A stretch of DNA of 64,000 bases from an uncultured cyanobacterium (GTDB lineage Bacteria; Cyanobacteriota; Cyanobacteriia; Cyanobacteriales; Cyanobacteriaceae), in NCBI GenBank assembly GCA_963710605.1, contig CAVQBA010000006.1, positions 288,001 to 352,000 of the forward strand, in the 5' to 3' direction. Shown here one piece after another: positions 53,293-64,000 of the stretch. Below the pieces are notes generated by a model. The model was not told where the DNA came from. It worked only from the letters and a program-made list of their open reading frames with translations, and did no database searches. A program made the position numbers and the translations under genes. Within the stretch, counting starts at the first letter, position 1; every line of letters begins with the position of its first letter.

Positions 53293-55179
53293 ATGAATGA
53301 TTTAGTTTTTTTTTGTTTATTATCTTTAGGTAGTTTAATTGCTATTTATTTGTTTTGGTTTGTTTGTCAGTTTAATGGTAAAACTATTCTTTATTATCTT
53401 GGTAGTTTTAATCGGCATATTCCAACTGAAAATTTTTTATTAACAAATACTAAAAATAATCATCAAGATTCAGTAACTATTTATTTAATAGGCATAATGC
53501 CTGTCGCAGTCTTAAGCATTCTTACCGCAAGATTCGATCGATGTTTTAATAGTTTATTCGCTACCTTGGTTTTTGAATTTGTTGTTTTTATTCTCTTTTT
53601 ATTTATCCCTTCAGTAATTAAAAAGCAAGCCTATTTTTTCGGTATTCAAACTATTAAAAATAATTTAAACGTAGTGTTTTATGCCAGTTTATGGTGTTTG
53701 TCATTTGCTTTGTGGGCAACTATTAGTCATCAGCAACCTTTAGATTATATGATTTCTAACACTAATCCTGATATGTGGGCTTATGTTAGACGTTTTGGGG
53801 CAATGACTACTGATAATCTATTTTTTTATCGTGGTTTTGATAGTTTTACTTTTGAAAATAATTCGGCTTGTGCTTATTTGTTAGGTAGTCCGAAAAAGTT
53901 TAGTTCTTTTTTAGGCTCTATAATAGTCTATATTTTTGGTGGCTCATCAATCGGTATTGGTGTGTTTCAAGGAACATTAGGAGGTATTTTATTTCTTTGT
54001 TTATTTAAAGAATGGTTTACCATCAAATTAACAACTAAAAATGGGTTTTCTGGCGGAAAATTCTTATTAATAACTTGGGCTTTATCTTCTCCTTCAATTT
54101 ATTGGTTAATGATTAGTGCTTATTTTTCTAATGCTTTATTTGTCATCATGGTTTGTTTGGCTTTAAGGCAAGGAAGAAATGTTGCTATTAATTGTCAAGT
54201 TGATTCAGTTACCAATTTATTTTGTTTTGCTTCACTTTTAATTATTGTTTTTGCTTTTTATCCTGCTTTTTTACCTGTAATTATTTTTGTTTATTCGATC
54301 GTTATCTTAGTTTATCTACCGAGTAATTGTTGGCAATTATCCAAACTTAGCCAAATTATTGGTAAATTTTTTGCCGTAATATTTATTTGTGGTTTAGTAT
54401 TTTATTTTATTTTTCCTACCCAATTAGGTTTAGAAGAAGTCCAAAAAAGCTTGAATGTTTTAACCGCCCATGGCTCGAATTTTGTCCCGCTTAATCCTTG
54501 GAGTTTGTTACAAGAAAAACCAAAACCAATGGCATTACAAAGAGATTTTGGTTGGTATTTTAATATTGTAATCAGTTTACCAATTAGTATATTTATCGGC
54601 TGGAAACTATGGCAAAAATATCAACGTTGTGATGGTTATTTAGCTCGTCGTGACCTGTTAGCGGGGATCGTTGGGGTGGGGATTTATCTGGGTTATTTAC
54701 TCGCTTATATTCCCCTAGAACATAGTTACCGCTTAATGAAAATAGTAATTTCACTTGTGTATCCGATCGCTATTTTTGGCGTTTTACCTTTTATTATGTG
54801 GAGTAAAAATAAACTTGAAGGGAAATCGAATCTTGTGAAGCAAATATTTTTAGTATTAGCGATCGCTCATGTTATATTTCATATTCATAAAGTATTTGAC
54901 CTCAATCCATATCCGACGGGTAACTTCACCATAACCAATCCTGAAAAACTAAAGTATGTGCAAAATATTACCCTTGTAGCTTGCCCTGAAGTTCATGTTA
55001 GTCAGTTTTATGAAAGATTAGTTGGTTTAAAAATTGCCCGACTTTATCCTAATTTACAAGTAAATGTGATTAAATTTCCTGAAGATATAGAACAAATTAC
55101 TAACCCTGAAACGATCGTTTATGGTGAAACGAGGATTGAAAATAAAACTGAACAAAAAACCTGTCATTTTTCTTTTTAA
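53293..55179 (+). CDS. Large polytopic membrane protein of unknown function
   Basis: 628-aa ORF with many TM segments and loop NTNPDMWAY. Confidence 0.7.
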   Translation: MNDLVFFCLLSLGSLIAIYLFWFVCQFNGKTILYYLGSFNRHIPTENFLLTNTKNNHQDSVTIYLIGIMPVAVLSILTARFDRCFNSLFATLVFEFVVFILFLFIPSVIKKQAYFFGIQTIKNNLNVVFYASLWCLSFALWATISHQQPLDYMISNTNPDMWAYVRRFGAMTTDNLFFYRGFDSFTFENNSACAYLLGSPKKFSSFLGSIIVYIFGGSSIGIGVFQGTLGGILFLCLFKEWFTIKLTTKNGFSGGKFLLITWALSSPSIYWLMISAYFSNALFVIMVCLALRQGRNVAINCQVDSVTNLFCFASLLIIVFAFYPAFLPVIIFVYSIVILVYLPSNCWQLSKLSQIIGKFFAVIFICGLVFYFIFPTQLGLEEVQKSLNVLTAHGSNFVPLNPWSLLQEKPKPMALQRDFGWYFNIVISLPISIFIGWKLWQKYQRCDGYLARRDLLAGIVGVGIYLGYLLAYIPLEHSYRLMKIVISLVYPIAIFGVLPFIMWSKNKLEGKSNLVKQIFLVLAIAHVIFHIHKVFDLNPYPTGNFTITNPEKLKYVQNITLVACPEVHVSQFYERLVGLKIARLYPNLQVNVIKFPEDIEQITNPETIVYGETRIENKTEQKTCHFSF

Positions 55180-55295
55180 AAAAATAAATAAATAATTAAT
55201 TATTAATTAGTATCTCAATGATTAGAAAGCGATAATTTACTGGTAAAATGTGATGTGGAATTATTAAAAGTGGGGAGATAAAAAAAGGGAATTTT

Positions 55296-56669
55296 ATGAA
55301 AATATTATTTGTGGCGGCAGAAGCAACACCGATTGCTAAAGTAGGAGGAATGGGTGATGTGGTTGGTGCATTACCTAAAGTCTTAAAAAAACTAGGTCAT
55401 GATGTCCGAATTATTTTGCCTTATTATGGCTATCTCCCGCAAATATTAGACATCTCTTATTATCCTGTTTGGGGAGGAGATACCATGGGGCAACACTTTG
55501 AAATATTTGAAAGTAAATTACCCGATACCGATATCCCTTTGTATTTATTCGGTCATTATTCTTTTGCAGGAGATAGTATCTATGGAGGGCATGACGAATA
55601 TTGGCGATTTACTTTATTTTCTAAAGCCGCCGCTGAATTAGCTTGGAATTATTGGAAACCTGACGTGATTCATTGTCATGACTGGCATACAGGAATGATA
55701 CCCGTTTGGATGCAACATACACCCGATATTCATACTATTTTCACTATACATAATCTATCTTATCAAGGGCCATCTCGTCACGATTTACAACATATGACTT
55801 GGTGTCCAGATTATATGTGGGGCGAGAATGTGATGGCGGCGGCTTTGTATTCGGCTGATGTTGTTAATGCGGTTTCTCCTAATTATGCGATCGAAATTAA
55901 AACACCAGAATATGGTGAACACCTCAATCATGTTTTGTGTGATATTGATTATAAACTTAGGGGAATTGTTAATGGGATTGATGTGGAAAAATATAATCCC
56001 GATACAGATAAATTTATTGAAGTAAATTTTGATCATGAGACTTTAGACAATAGAATCAAGAATAAGTTACGCTTACAAGAAGAATCGGGTTTACAAGTAA
56101 ATCAAAATAAATTTCTCTTGGGAATGGTAAGCCGTTTAGTTGAACAAAAAGGGATTGATTTATTATTAAAAGTAATGGATCGTTTTTTACAACATACAGA
56201 TGCTCAAATTCTTATTTTAGGTACAGGCGATCGTTTTTATGAGTCTAAGTTATGGGAAATCTCCACTCGTCATCGAGGACGTGTTTCAATCCAGATAGTA
56301 CATAATGAAGCTATTTCTCGTCAAGTTTATAGTGGTATTGATGCTTTTTTAATGCCCTCTCGTTTTGAGCCTTGTGGTATTAGTCAGTTGTTAGCGATGC
56401 GTTATGGTGCAATTCCGATCGTGCGTGAAACAGGTGGTTTAATTGATACAGTCGCCTTTTTTGACCCTAATAATAAATCTGGTACGGGTTATCGCTTTAA
56501 ACGTTATGATGCTTTAGATTTCTATACTTGCATGATTCGTGCTTATGAAGGTTATCGTTTTCATGAGTCATGGCAACAGCTACAAATTCGTGCCATGACT
56601 CAAGATTTTAGTTGGCACAAATCAGCTTTAGAATATATCCAAATGTATGAAGACGCAGTCAACAGTTGA
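55296..56669 (+). CDS. glgA: Glycogen synthase
   Basis: KVGGMGDV, HCHDWH, TIHN, PSRFEPCG, TGGLIDTV. Confidence 0.96.
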   Translation: MKILFVAAEATPIAKVGGMGDVVGALPKVLKKLGHDVRIILPYYGYLPQILDISYYPVWGGDTMGQHFEIFESKLPDTDIPLYLFGHYSFAGDSIYGGHDEYWRFTLFSKAAAELAWNYWKPDVIHCHDWHTGMIPVWMQHTPDIHTIFTIHNLSYQGPSRHDLQHMTWCPDYMWGENVMAAALYSADVVNAVSPNYAIEIKTPEYGEHLNHVLCDIDYKLRGIVNGIDVEKYNPDTDKFIEVNFDHETLDNRIKNKLRLQEESGLQVNQNKFLLGMVSRLVEQKGIDLLLKVMDRFLQHTDAQILILGTGDRFYESKLWEISTRHRGRVSIQIVHNEAISRQVYSGIDAFLMPSRFEPCGISQLLAMRYGAIPIVRETGGLIDTVAFFDPNNKSGTGYRFKRYDALDFYTCMIRAYEGYRFHESWQQLQIRAMTQDFSWHKSALEYIQMYEDAVNS

Positions 56670-56717
56670 GAATCATTAAACTACAACAATGAATCTCTGT
56701 AATATATGTATAGAAAA

Positions 56718-56839
56718 GTTCCCCTCCTTCTGTAAGGAGGGGTTAGGGGTGGTTTCTTGTCCTAACCATATTGTTGTCTGCTATATATAATATTACAAAA
56801 AAAGTTCCCCTCTTTTATTTGGAGGGGTTAGGGGTGGTT
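56718..56839. repeat. Two direct copies of the GGAGGGGTTAGGGGTGG hairpin repeat with a MITE-type end between them
   Basis: Copies at 56718-56754 and 56804-56839; GTCCTAACC...CTGCTATA at 56759-56785. Confidence 0.8.
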
Positions 56840-56890
56840 GAAACCTTGATAAGTTTCTCTCTCAATATTGTTTATTTTTAATCGTGAAAA

Positions 56891-58397
56891 CTAACTTCCT
56901 AAGACAAATAAAGTAAATAACGTGCCTGTATTCCACAATCCATGTACCAAAATCGAAGCAAGTAAACTACGAGAGCGAGTATAGACAATACCGAGTATGA
57001 TACCAAGAGTAGCTAAAGGAAGAGTTTCGGCTAAACTAAGATGAGCGATCGCAAATACTAAACCACTGACTATAATCGCACCACTCACAGGCAAATAACG
57101 AGTCAGAGAAGGAAGCAAAAAACCTCTAAATAGAATTTCTTCAAATATCGGTGCGGCAATAGAAGCCGTTACAAACAATATAGCAATAGCAATCTTATCT
57201 TGAGACTGTAATGTCAATAACAATAATGGATTACTACCACCTTTACCTTGCCAGATTTGTTGATTCAAAAACGATACCAAAAAAACGATCGGAATAGCAG
57301 TTAAATAACCTCCAATCCCCCATAGATACCAATTTTTGTTAGTAAATTTAAACCAGTTTTCAGGTAAAGGAAAATATTGCTTGATAGATAAATAAAGTAC
57401 AGTTAATCCGCCGCTTGCCATCAAGATATAAGTAAATAAGACATATAATGCTTTGCCTCTAACACTCAAACTAATCGGATTAAAACCACTTGCACCGATT
57501 ATGATTGGTAAAACTACTTGAGAGAGGAAAAAGAAACCAACAACCAAAACTTGCCAAATAATTTCTCCATCCCAAGGAGACTGCCATAATTTACCTGCAT
57601 TAGTAGCTAAAATAGATTCTTGTCTTTTTAGTAATAACTGCACTAGTAAAAAGATAATTAAACCAACACCAATGATACCGCCTACAACAGGGATAAAACT
57701 TAAGGATAATAATTGATAAATTGCTGTTTGGGCTGACTCTTGCTTGGTTAGTACAATTTGTTCTAATTTGACTCGATCGTCATTAATCTGATAAATTTTT
57801 TCAAGAGTAACATTTCTAAACCAACCTTCAAATTGATTATTAATAGTTTGCTTCTGTATTTAGACTAGTAACTTGATTGTTAATCCAAATATTATTTAAT
57901 ATCGAAGTCAAATTATTATTATCACTAACATCTCGCCAAACTACTTGTGCCGAATCTAATTTGTTTTGATATGCGTCGATGATTCCTAATTTAATTTTTA
58001 AATCATTACTTACATTTTGATTTTGTCTAATATTTTGCTTTAATAATTTGCGAGGTGTTTGAGGAGTATTACCAACTACCTCTATCTCTTCTGATGACTG
58101 AGTTTTTAAATCAGTTAAAGAATTCTCGACTAAATCTAAAGTTTTTTGATATTGTTTTTCAGCAGTTTCGTAGGGATTCGCTCCTGCTAAACTTGTACTA
58201 AGACTACTTAAATTATTATCTGATTCACTACTAGTATCATTATTTGCTAATTCAGCACTATTAAGAATAAGGTTAGTTTGATACAATTCTAGCTGAGCTT
58301 GAACTTGTGGTTCACCTAAACTTTGAGTAAGGGCGAAAACTACGCTCAATAACGAGACTACCGTCATGATGGCTAAAACAACTCGTTTTAAATTCAT
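56891..58397 (-). pseudogene. CPBP/Abi (CAAX protease-like) intramembrane metalloprotease, frameshifted near 57850
   Basis: APIFEEILFRG, FAIAH, HGLWN in the C-terminal part; the N-terminal ORF ends TEANY* while another frame runs open from QTINNQFEGWF into the C-terminal ORF. Confidence 0.8.
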
Positions 58398-58495
58398 AAA
58401 TTTTTTTTTTAATATATTTAATTAAGACTTGATTTAAATTAATTACTAGGATTAAAGAATCAAAATTGCGAACGGGCAAGTAAACAGTAATATTA

Positions 58496-59302
58496 TTAAT
58501 TAATTATCTGAACAATTTCTTTAGCTAACTGAGTATGTAGTTGATGACTAGCTTTGTAAGCTAAATAATGCCCTATAGGTATTTTACCTAATAAACTTAA
58601 ATCACCAATCAAATCTAATAGTTTATGTCTAACGGCTTCATTCTCAAATCGTAGAGGAGGATTTACCCAACCATTTTTATCGCAAACCAAGGCATTGTCT
58701 AAGCTACCACCTTTTATTAATCCTGCTTTTTTGAGTTGTTCAATTTGATCAGCAAAACCAAATGTACGAGCAGGGGCGATCGCATCTAGAAACTTTTCTC
58801 GTTCAGGATACCAACTATACCATTGATTTTGCAAGACAGGGTAAGGAAAATCAATCCCATAACTAAACTTCATTTCATCTGCTGGTAAAAAGGCACAAAA
58901 AGCATCATCTTTTCTTACCCAAATAGGCTCACTCAGAATCAATGGAGAATCGGCAAAAGGATTATGACACTCCAAATTCAAACTCTGTGCCCATATCTTA
59001 GCCGAACCATCTAATAAAGGTATTTCTGAGCCATCCACCTCAATTTTGGCATCGTGTATCCCACTCCCACACAAAGCCGCTAACAGATGCTCTACTGTTC
59101 TTATAGTAGCTTCATTGTTACTTAATTGGGTCGATAATGTGGTACTTTTAACTGAATCTATCGTTGCTTTTATAATCGGATTATCAGGCAAATCGACTCT
59201 GACAAAATAACGTCCTTTTCCTTTAGCTTCAGGAGAAATAGTTACATTTGTCTGCTCCCCAGAATGAAGTCCAATTCCTGATAATGTTAATGGTTTAAAC
59301 AT
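58496..59302 (-). CDS. lpxC: UDP-3-O-acyl-GlcNAc deacetylase
   Basis: [37 protein letters not shown]. Confidence 0.96.
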   Translation of the reverse strand: MFKPLTLSGIGLHSGEQTNVTISPEAKGKGRYFVRVDLPDNPIIKATIDSVKSTTLSTQLSNNEATIRTVEHLLAALCGSGIHDAKIEVDGSEIPLLDGSAKIWAQSLNLECHNPFADSPLILSEPIWVRKDDAFCAFLPADEMKFSYGIDFPYPVLQNQWYSWYPEREKFLDAIAPARTFGFADQIEQLKKAGLIKGGSLDNALVCDKNGWVNPPLRFENEAVRHKLLDLIGDLSLLGKIPIGHYLAYKASHQLHTQLAKEIVQIIN

Positions 59303-59347
59303 TAATTAATCTTAAAAAATAGTAATTACTACTCATGGTAAACAAAA

Positions 59348-60487
59348 TTAAGCCGCTTTAGGTAAAGAACCATTCTGGCTAGATAGTACCCCTTGATAAT
59401 AATTCGTTAATTGAAGTGTAGCTGAACTCCAGCCCCATTTTTCGGCTTCTAAACGAGCATTTTGCCTTAATAGCTCTCTTTCGTCTTGTTGAGCTAATAA
59501 ACGTTGGGTAGCATCAATCGCTCCATTTTCTTCATCAGGATTAAACATATAACCATTAACGCCCTCAGTGACAATATCAGGAATACCACCACGATTAGCC
59601 GCAATTACAGGGCATCCTGCCGCCATAGCTTCGAGTAACACTAAACCCAAAGTTTCAGTCGAAGAAGGAAAAACAAACGCATCTGCACAAGCATAAGCCG
59701 AAGCTAATTCTTCACCATGAAGATAACCAACAAAATTTGTATTTGTATCTGTAAAATAACGTTCTAAATCCTCTTTAGCTGAACCATTACCAACTATTGC
59801 TAGTCTAGCATTAGGGATACTTTCTAATACAGGTTTGATTTTATCAATTTCTTTTTCAGCAGATACTCTACCTACATAAAGTAACAAAGGTGCTTCAGGA
59901 TGCCCCTCAGATAAACGAGTACGCATTTGCTCAGATTTTGTTCGAGGATGAAAAGTATCTGTATCTACTCCCTTTTGCCATAAATGCACATTTTCAATTC
60001 CATGAGTAACTAATTCATCAACCATTGCATTAGAAGTACATAAATTTAACTGTGCTTGATTGTGAGCGAGTTTTAATGCTTCCCATAATAATCCTTCTAA
60101 CGCACCTAAATTGTAGTGATGTAAATATTGTGGTAAATGAGTATGGTATGAAGCAACAAGAGGTAAATTAAGTTTTTTAGCGTAATAAATACCACCTAAA
60201 CCTAAAACAGCAGGATTAACTACATGTACTAAATCTGGTTTGAATCTTTGTAAAGAAAAACGAATTGAAGGATTAGGAATTGCTAGTTTTAATTCTGGAT
60301 ATAAAGGTAAGGGAATACCCTTAATCCCGTTAATTTTTGCTCCTTTATACTCTTTTAAGCCACCTTCAGGAGAAAAAACTAAAACTTCATTTCCTTGTTT
60401 TTGTAAATGTTCGACGGTATGTTTTAAGCGAGTAACGATACCATCAACTTTAGGTAAAAACGTTTCAGTAAATAGAGCAATACGCAT
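59348..60487 (-). CDS. sqdX: Sulfoquinovosyldiacylglycerol synthase (GT4)
   Basis: MRIALFTETFLPKVDGIVTRL, ASYHTHLP, ETLGLVLLEAMAAG. Confidence 0.88.
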   Translation of the reverse strand: MRIALFTETFLPKVDGIVTRLKHTVEHLQKQGNEVLVFSPEGGLKEYKGAKINGIKGIPLPLYPELKLAIPNPSIRFSLQRFKPDLVHVVNPAVLGLGGIYYAKKLNLPLVASYHTHLPQYLHHYNLGALEGLLWEALKLAHNQAQLNLCTSNAMVDELVTHGIENVHLWQKGVDTDTFHPRTKSEQMRTRLSEGHPEAPLLLYVGRVSAEKEIDKIKPVLESIPNARLAIVGNGSAKEDLERYFTDTNTNFVGYLHGEELASAYACADAFVFPSSTETLGLVLLEAMAAGCPVIAANRGGIPDIVTEGVNGYMFNPDEENGAIDATQRLLAQQDERELLRQNARLEAEKWGWSSATLQLTNYYQGVLSSQNGSLPKAA

Positions 60488-60729
60488 AAATTCAAAAAAT
60501 AAGGATTAATTTTCTGATTACAAACACAGAATGTAATTTTTTATAGTAACAACTATATCATTACTGGTACTAATTACTTTATTTTCTTCTTTATTTATAT
60601 TTTTTTATTTAATTGTTTTTTAATTGACTATCTCTTTTTTAAAGTCAACTTAAACTAAGCTTAAACTCTCGGTTTTTAATCTAGCAATTATGGTCTTTTC
60701 TTAAGTAAAAAGTAAGTCTAATTTGATGA

Positions 60730-61277
60730 TTAATATTTGAAACTAATTATTGTCTCATCCGTAATAAGTTTAGCTAAATCAGCAATATCCTTCTCTTGCA
60801 TTCTTACTACACCATGAGATTCATTTGCTGGTATGATACTCGACTTGAGTTATACCATAAAAACCAATGTAGTTATGAGTATTAACGGCAAAACCAATTA
60901 AAGGTTGCGATAAAGATTCAATATCTATTTGAGTCATCTTAAACTCGCTGTGAGAAACTTGCCAAACATCGCACTCCTACTGTAATGATAGTAAAACTAG
61001 CAACTAATTTATTATCTTTATATACATCTAATTTACTTTGAGCTAAATCCAAGATAACACGAGAGCTAACTATGTTTTCATTGACTATAGGTAAATAAGT
61101 ACCAGAATTATTAACTGATGGTATTGAAGGGGTTTCCATCTGCCAAATTTTTTGGTTTAAATCTAATACTGGTGAAGCGGAAACATTAGGTATATTTAAA
61201 CAAAAAGTAGATAAAACGATCGTTGAGAAAAAATTACTTTTGTTTAACAAAAAAGAAAGCAACTTCACAAATTTCAT
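60730..61277 (-). pseudogene. Degraded L,D-transpeptidase (YkuD)-like gene
   Basis: Signal peptide and RVILDL...LDVY in the ORF; downstream out-of-frame fragments read YIGFYG and ESHGVVRMQEKDI (compare IGFHG and SHGCVRM). Confidence 0.65.
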
Positions 61278-61485
61278 GATAATTAATTAATTTGACAAAC
61301 AAGGGCAAAAAAATAAATAATAACTGAAGAATTACTAACCAATTTAATCATAGTTAAACAAGCTATATTCTTTCAACATAGTCTTTGTTTAAATATAATT
61401 TTTTTTAATTAGTCAGCAAATCTACAAACTATTATTAAAATGTAATTTTCACAAATTACTTAATTGGTATAATGACCAATTATTA

Positions 61486-62391
61486 TTACCATAAACCTCT
61501 TACAGGTTGGCTTTGGTTTTGCATCATCATATCATCATCATCGTCATCCATATCCATACTATTACTATTATTCATTTGACTAGTAGTATTCATCTGAGTA
61601 GTACTATCGTTATCACTATATTTTTCGACTCTAGTACTATCTAGATCATCACGATCGGATATACTACGGGTGTCAGTTCTACTAGTATTCATCTGAGTGG
61701 TACTATTATCGCTCTCATCACTATATTTTTCGACTCTAGTACTATCTAGATCATCACGATCGGATATACTACGGGTGTCAGTTCTACTAGTATTCATCTG
61801 AGTGGTACTATTATCGTTATCACCATATTTTTCGACTCTAGTACTATCTAAATCATTAGGGTCGGATACACTGCTAGTGCTAGTACTCATATTAGAAGTT
61901 CTATTCATAGAAGAAGTTTCAGTGTCACTTCCTGCTGGGTCATATACAGTAGTATCAATTTTATCGTTATCAACATCCATTCTATTCATAGATGCAGTTG
62001 AAGTACCCATTTCTCCCATCAACATTTTACTGCGTTGTGCAGTAGTATCCTTATTTAAAACAGACATCCAGTCAGATTTATCGCTACTTACTAGGTGATA
62101 TTTACCATTTGAATCTATACCTACTAGTACTCTTGTCCCAGCTTTAATATATCCATCGGTTTCAAATGAACGGCCATCTTCAACACTAATTAACATAACT
62201 TCGCGACTTTTATTAGCCACTGTTCCTAAAAGATAGTTTGTCATTTTCATTTCAGAATTAGACATATCACCTGCAAGAATTGTCCTTGAATTATCTTGTA
62301 ATAATTCTGAAGCGTTCGCCGATAAATTGGTACCTACTGCACCAAAACAAAATCCTAAACTTAGAAGTGCGATTGAATATACCTTTTTCAT
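61486..62391 (-). CDS. Secreted low-complexity protein with three 34-35-aa tandem repeats and C-terminal PVRGLW
   Basis: Signal peptide; DLDSTRVEKY...STTQMNT occurs three times; DNA repeats at about 61585-61870. Confidence 0.8.
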   Translation of the reverse strand: MKKVYSIALLSLGFCFGAVGTNLSANASELLQDNSRTILAGDMSNSEMKMTNYLLGTVANKSREVMLISVEDGRSFETDGYIKAGTRVLVGIDSNGKYHLVSSDKSDWMSVLNKDTTAQRSKMLMGEMGTSTASMNRMDVDNDKIDTTVYDPAGSDTETSSMNRTSNMSTSTSSVSDPNDLDSTRVEKYGDNDNSTTQMNTSRTDTRSISDRDDLDSTRVEKYSDESDNSTTQMNTSRTDTRSISDRDDLDSTRVEKYSDNDSTTQMNTTSQMNNSNSMDMDDDDDDMMMQNQSQPVRGLW

Positions 62392-63119
62392 ATTTGAGTA
62401 TTAACCTTTTTTTTATATGTACAATCACAATCTTATAAGTGTTTTTACAATTTGTAATGTACTTATTGGACTATATCTAAAGACATAGATTGTAACGATT
62501 TCGTAATAATTATTATTGACTATTAATTAGGTATCAATTATTTTGTTTTTTTGTATTATTAACTACAATTTATCGGGTGAAAGTTTGATTAATAAATAAT
62601 CTTATCAATAAATACTTAAAAAATAATTAAAAAGAGTTAACATAACTGAGTGAGTCGATCGTGAATTGTCTATTCGTTTTAATTAAAATTGAGACAGTCT
62701 TAATAACAGTAAAAATGTGAGCTTCAACCCCTCCTTGGGTATAGATTGCAAGGCTAATAGAATCCGTTTAATAAATTAAACTCAAATTTTAGCTTCAAAA
62801 TTGTCTCACTATTATTTGAAATGACTATATATTAATTCGCAAAGTTAATTCTCACTCACGATCGATTTTTAAACATTTAGTAAACAGAACAAGATAATGG
62901 AAAATAAAGTAATAAACGTAAATAGTTTTAATTTTTTTAGTCCTTTAGTAACTGCTATCAAATTAGGATTTTCAATACATAATTCAGTAATTTTCAACAA
63001 AAGCCCCAAAAAAAATATTTTAAGTACTTATTCTAACTAGCATATAAATAAGAGCTTCTTCTATTTGAAAAAAGAGACTTTTACTATCGACTAAAATCAG
63101 CGTTATTTACCACTTGAGT

Positions 63120-64000
63120 TCATTTAAGTACATAGTAAATTGCCCAAATAGCCATCGCTCTAAGATAATGACTAGCACGAAAAGTACCTACAGATGTAAT
63201 AGCTTCGGGTGTACGAAATTGTAAACCATTATCATATATTTGCTTAACAACAGTCTCGGCGACTTTCATTCCTTCAGATTTCATCCCATTAATAATCATA
63301 AAAGCAACAATACCGTAATTAATACCTGTCCAAACTTCTAAGGGATGGGTATCGTCAGGTTTCATTGGACTACCATCGGGTTTCAAGCCATTAGCAATAC
63401 CATATTTACCATCATGAAATTTGAGATAACAAGCGTCGTATATTTTAGCTAAAGTAGATTTGACGTATTCTGTTTCTACTAAATCTGGCAAACCTAATAT
63501 TTGAGCATAAAATTGTCCTGAAAGTTGATCTGCCATTACCACATCAGTATCGGTTTGAGTATCCAAACGGTAATATTCGCCATTCCACAACTTATCGTGG
63601 TAAGTTGCTCTTGATTTTTGTAACCAATCTTGAAAAATAGCGATCGTTTTTTCAATACCTGAAGGAAAATCATCAGGTTGCATTTGCGGATTCATCGGTG
63701 GATTATCAATTAAAATATTACCAATTGCGATCGCTGTCTCTAAGGATACAATCCATAAACCACCACAATAAGTACTAATTCCTTTAAGTTTCCAATCATC
63801 AAAAGTTTGATCGGGTGCACCTGAATTTTCGGGGATACCATCACCATCTAGATCAAATTCTTTAACATAATATAAAGTCTCGACAACACTATGCCAACAT
63901 TCCCACAAGAAATATTCGTCTTTACCACCAGTGAATAAATAATCTCGATAGACTTGTAAAACAAAATCACAACCTAAATCTTTCCATAAGTTGCAATCTT
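63120..64000 (-). CDS. GH116-family beta-glucosidase, C-terminal part (start outside the window)
   Basis: DGDGIPEN, PDQTFDDW, MADQLSGQ, EVWTG, FRTPEA, YLRAMAIW. Confidence 0.88.
   Translation of the reverse strand, partial: DCNLWKDLGCDFVLQVYRDYLFTGGKDEYFLWECWHSVVETLYYVKEFDLDGDGIPENSGAPDQTFDDWKLKGISTYCGGLWIVSLETAIAIGNILIDNPPMNPQMQPDDFPSGIEKTIAIFQDWLQKSRATYHDKLWNGEYYRLDTQTDTDVVMADQLSGQFYAQILGLPDLVETEYVKSTLAKIYDACYLKFHDGKYGIANGLKPDGSPMKPDDTHPLEVWTGINYGIVAFMIINGMKSEGMKVAETVVKQIYDNGLQFRTPEAITSVGTFRASHYLRAMAIWAIYYVLK

Noticed and set aside
61585-61870. Possible CRISPR array
   Set aside because: In-frame coding repeats of about 102-105 bp with no unique spacers and no cas genes
1695-62098. Antisense or overlapping ORFs inside real genes (for example 1695..1889, 2413..2628, 3314..3619, 9017..9250, 45336..45650, 48308..48526, 60240..60509, 61802..62098)
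   Set aside because: Shadow frames of well-supported genes

Overview
AT-rich cyanobacterial chromosome segment. Evidence for the lineage: ndhH, petP, sqdX, a PatA-type regulator, and abundant HIP1 GCGATCGC/CGATCG sites; a Cyanobacterium/Geminocystis-like organism is my inference. Most of it is housekeeping genes: menA, menF, tsaB, ndhH, sigA, amiC-murI, msrBA, lipA, dapL, thiD, aat, trmB, glgA, lpxC, sqdX. Four things stand out. (1) A nested set of tiny structured insertions at 39315-39544: two homologous ~50-nt GC-rich elements with compensatory base changes, one inside the other at duplicated CGG targets, inside a GTAG-REP hairpin, inside a MITE-like inverted repeat. (2) Two tandem pstS paralogues with Pho-box-like promoters and no pstCAB, directly upstream of a patA-cheY-cheW-MCP-cheA cluster, a candidate phosphate-taxis system. 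(3) A tnpB-only IS200/IS605 element with ends resolvable to the base (TTAA | ... TCAC) that splits a GST gene; its TnpB carries a 30-nt in-frame insertion flanked by duplicated HIP1 cores. (4) Several genes broken by single-base lesions, which may be erosion or assembly error. No rRNA, tRNA or CRISPR array was recognised. All calls come from reading motifs by eye; no database searches were run.
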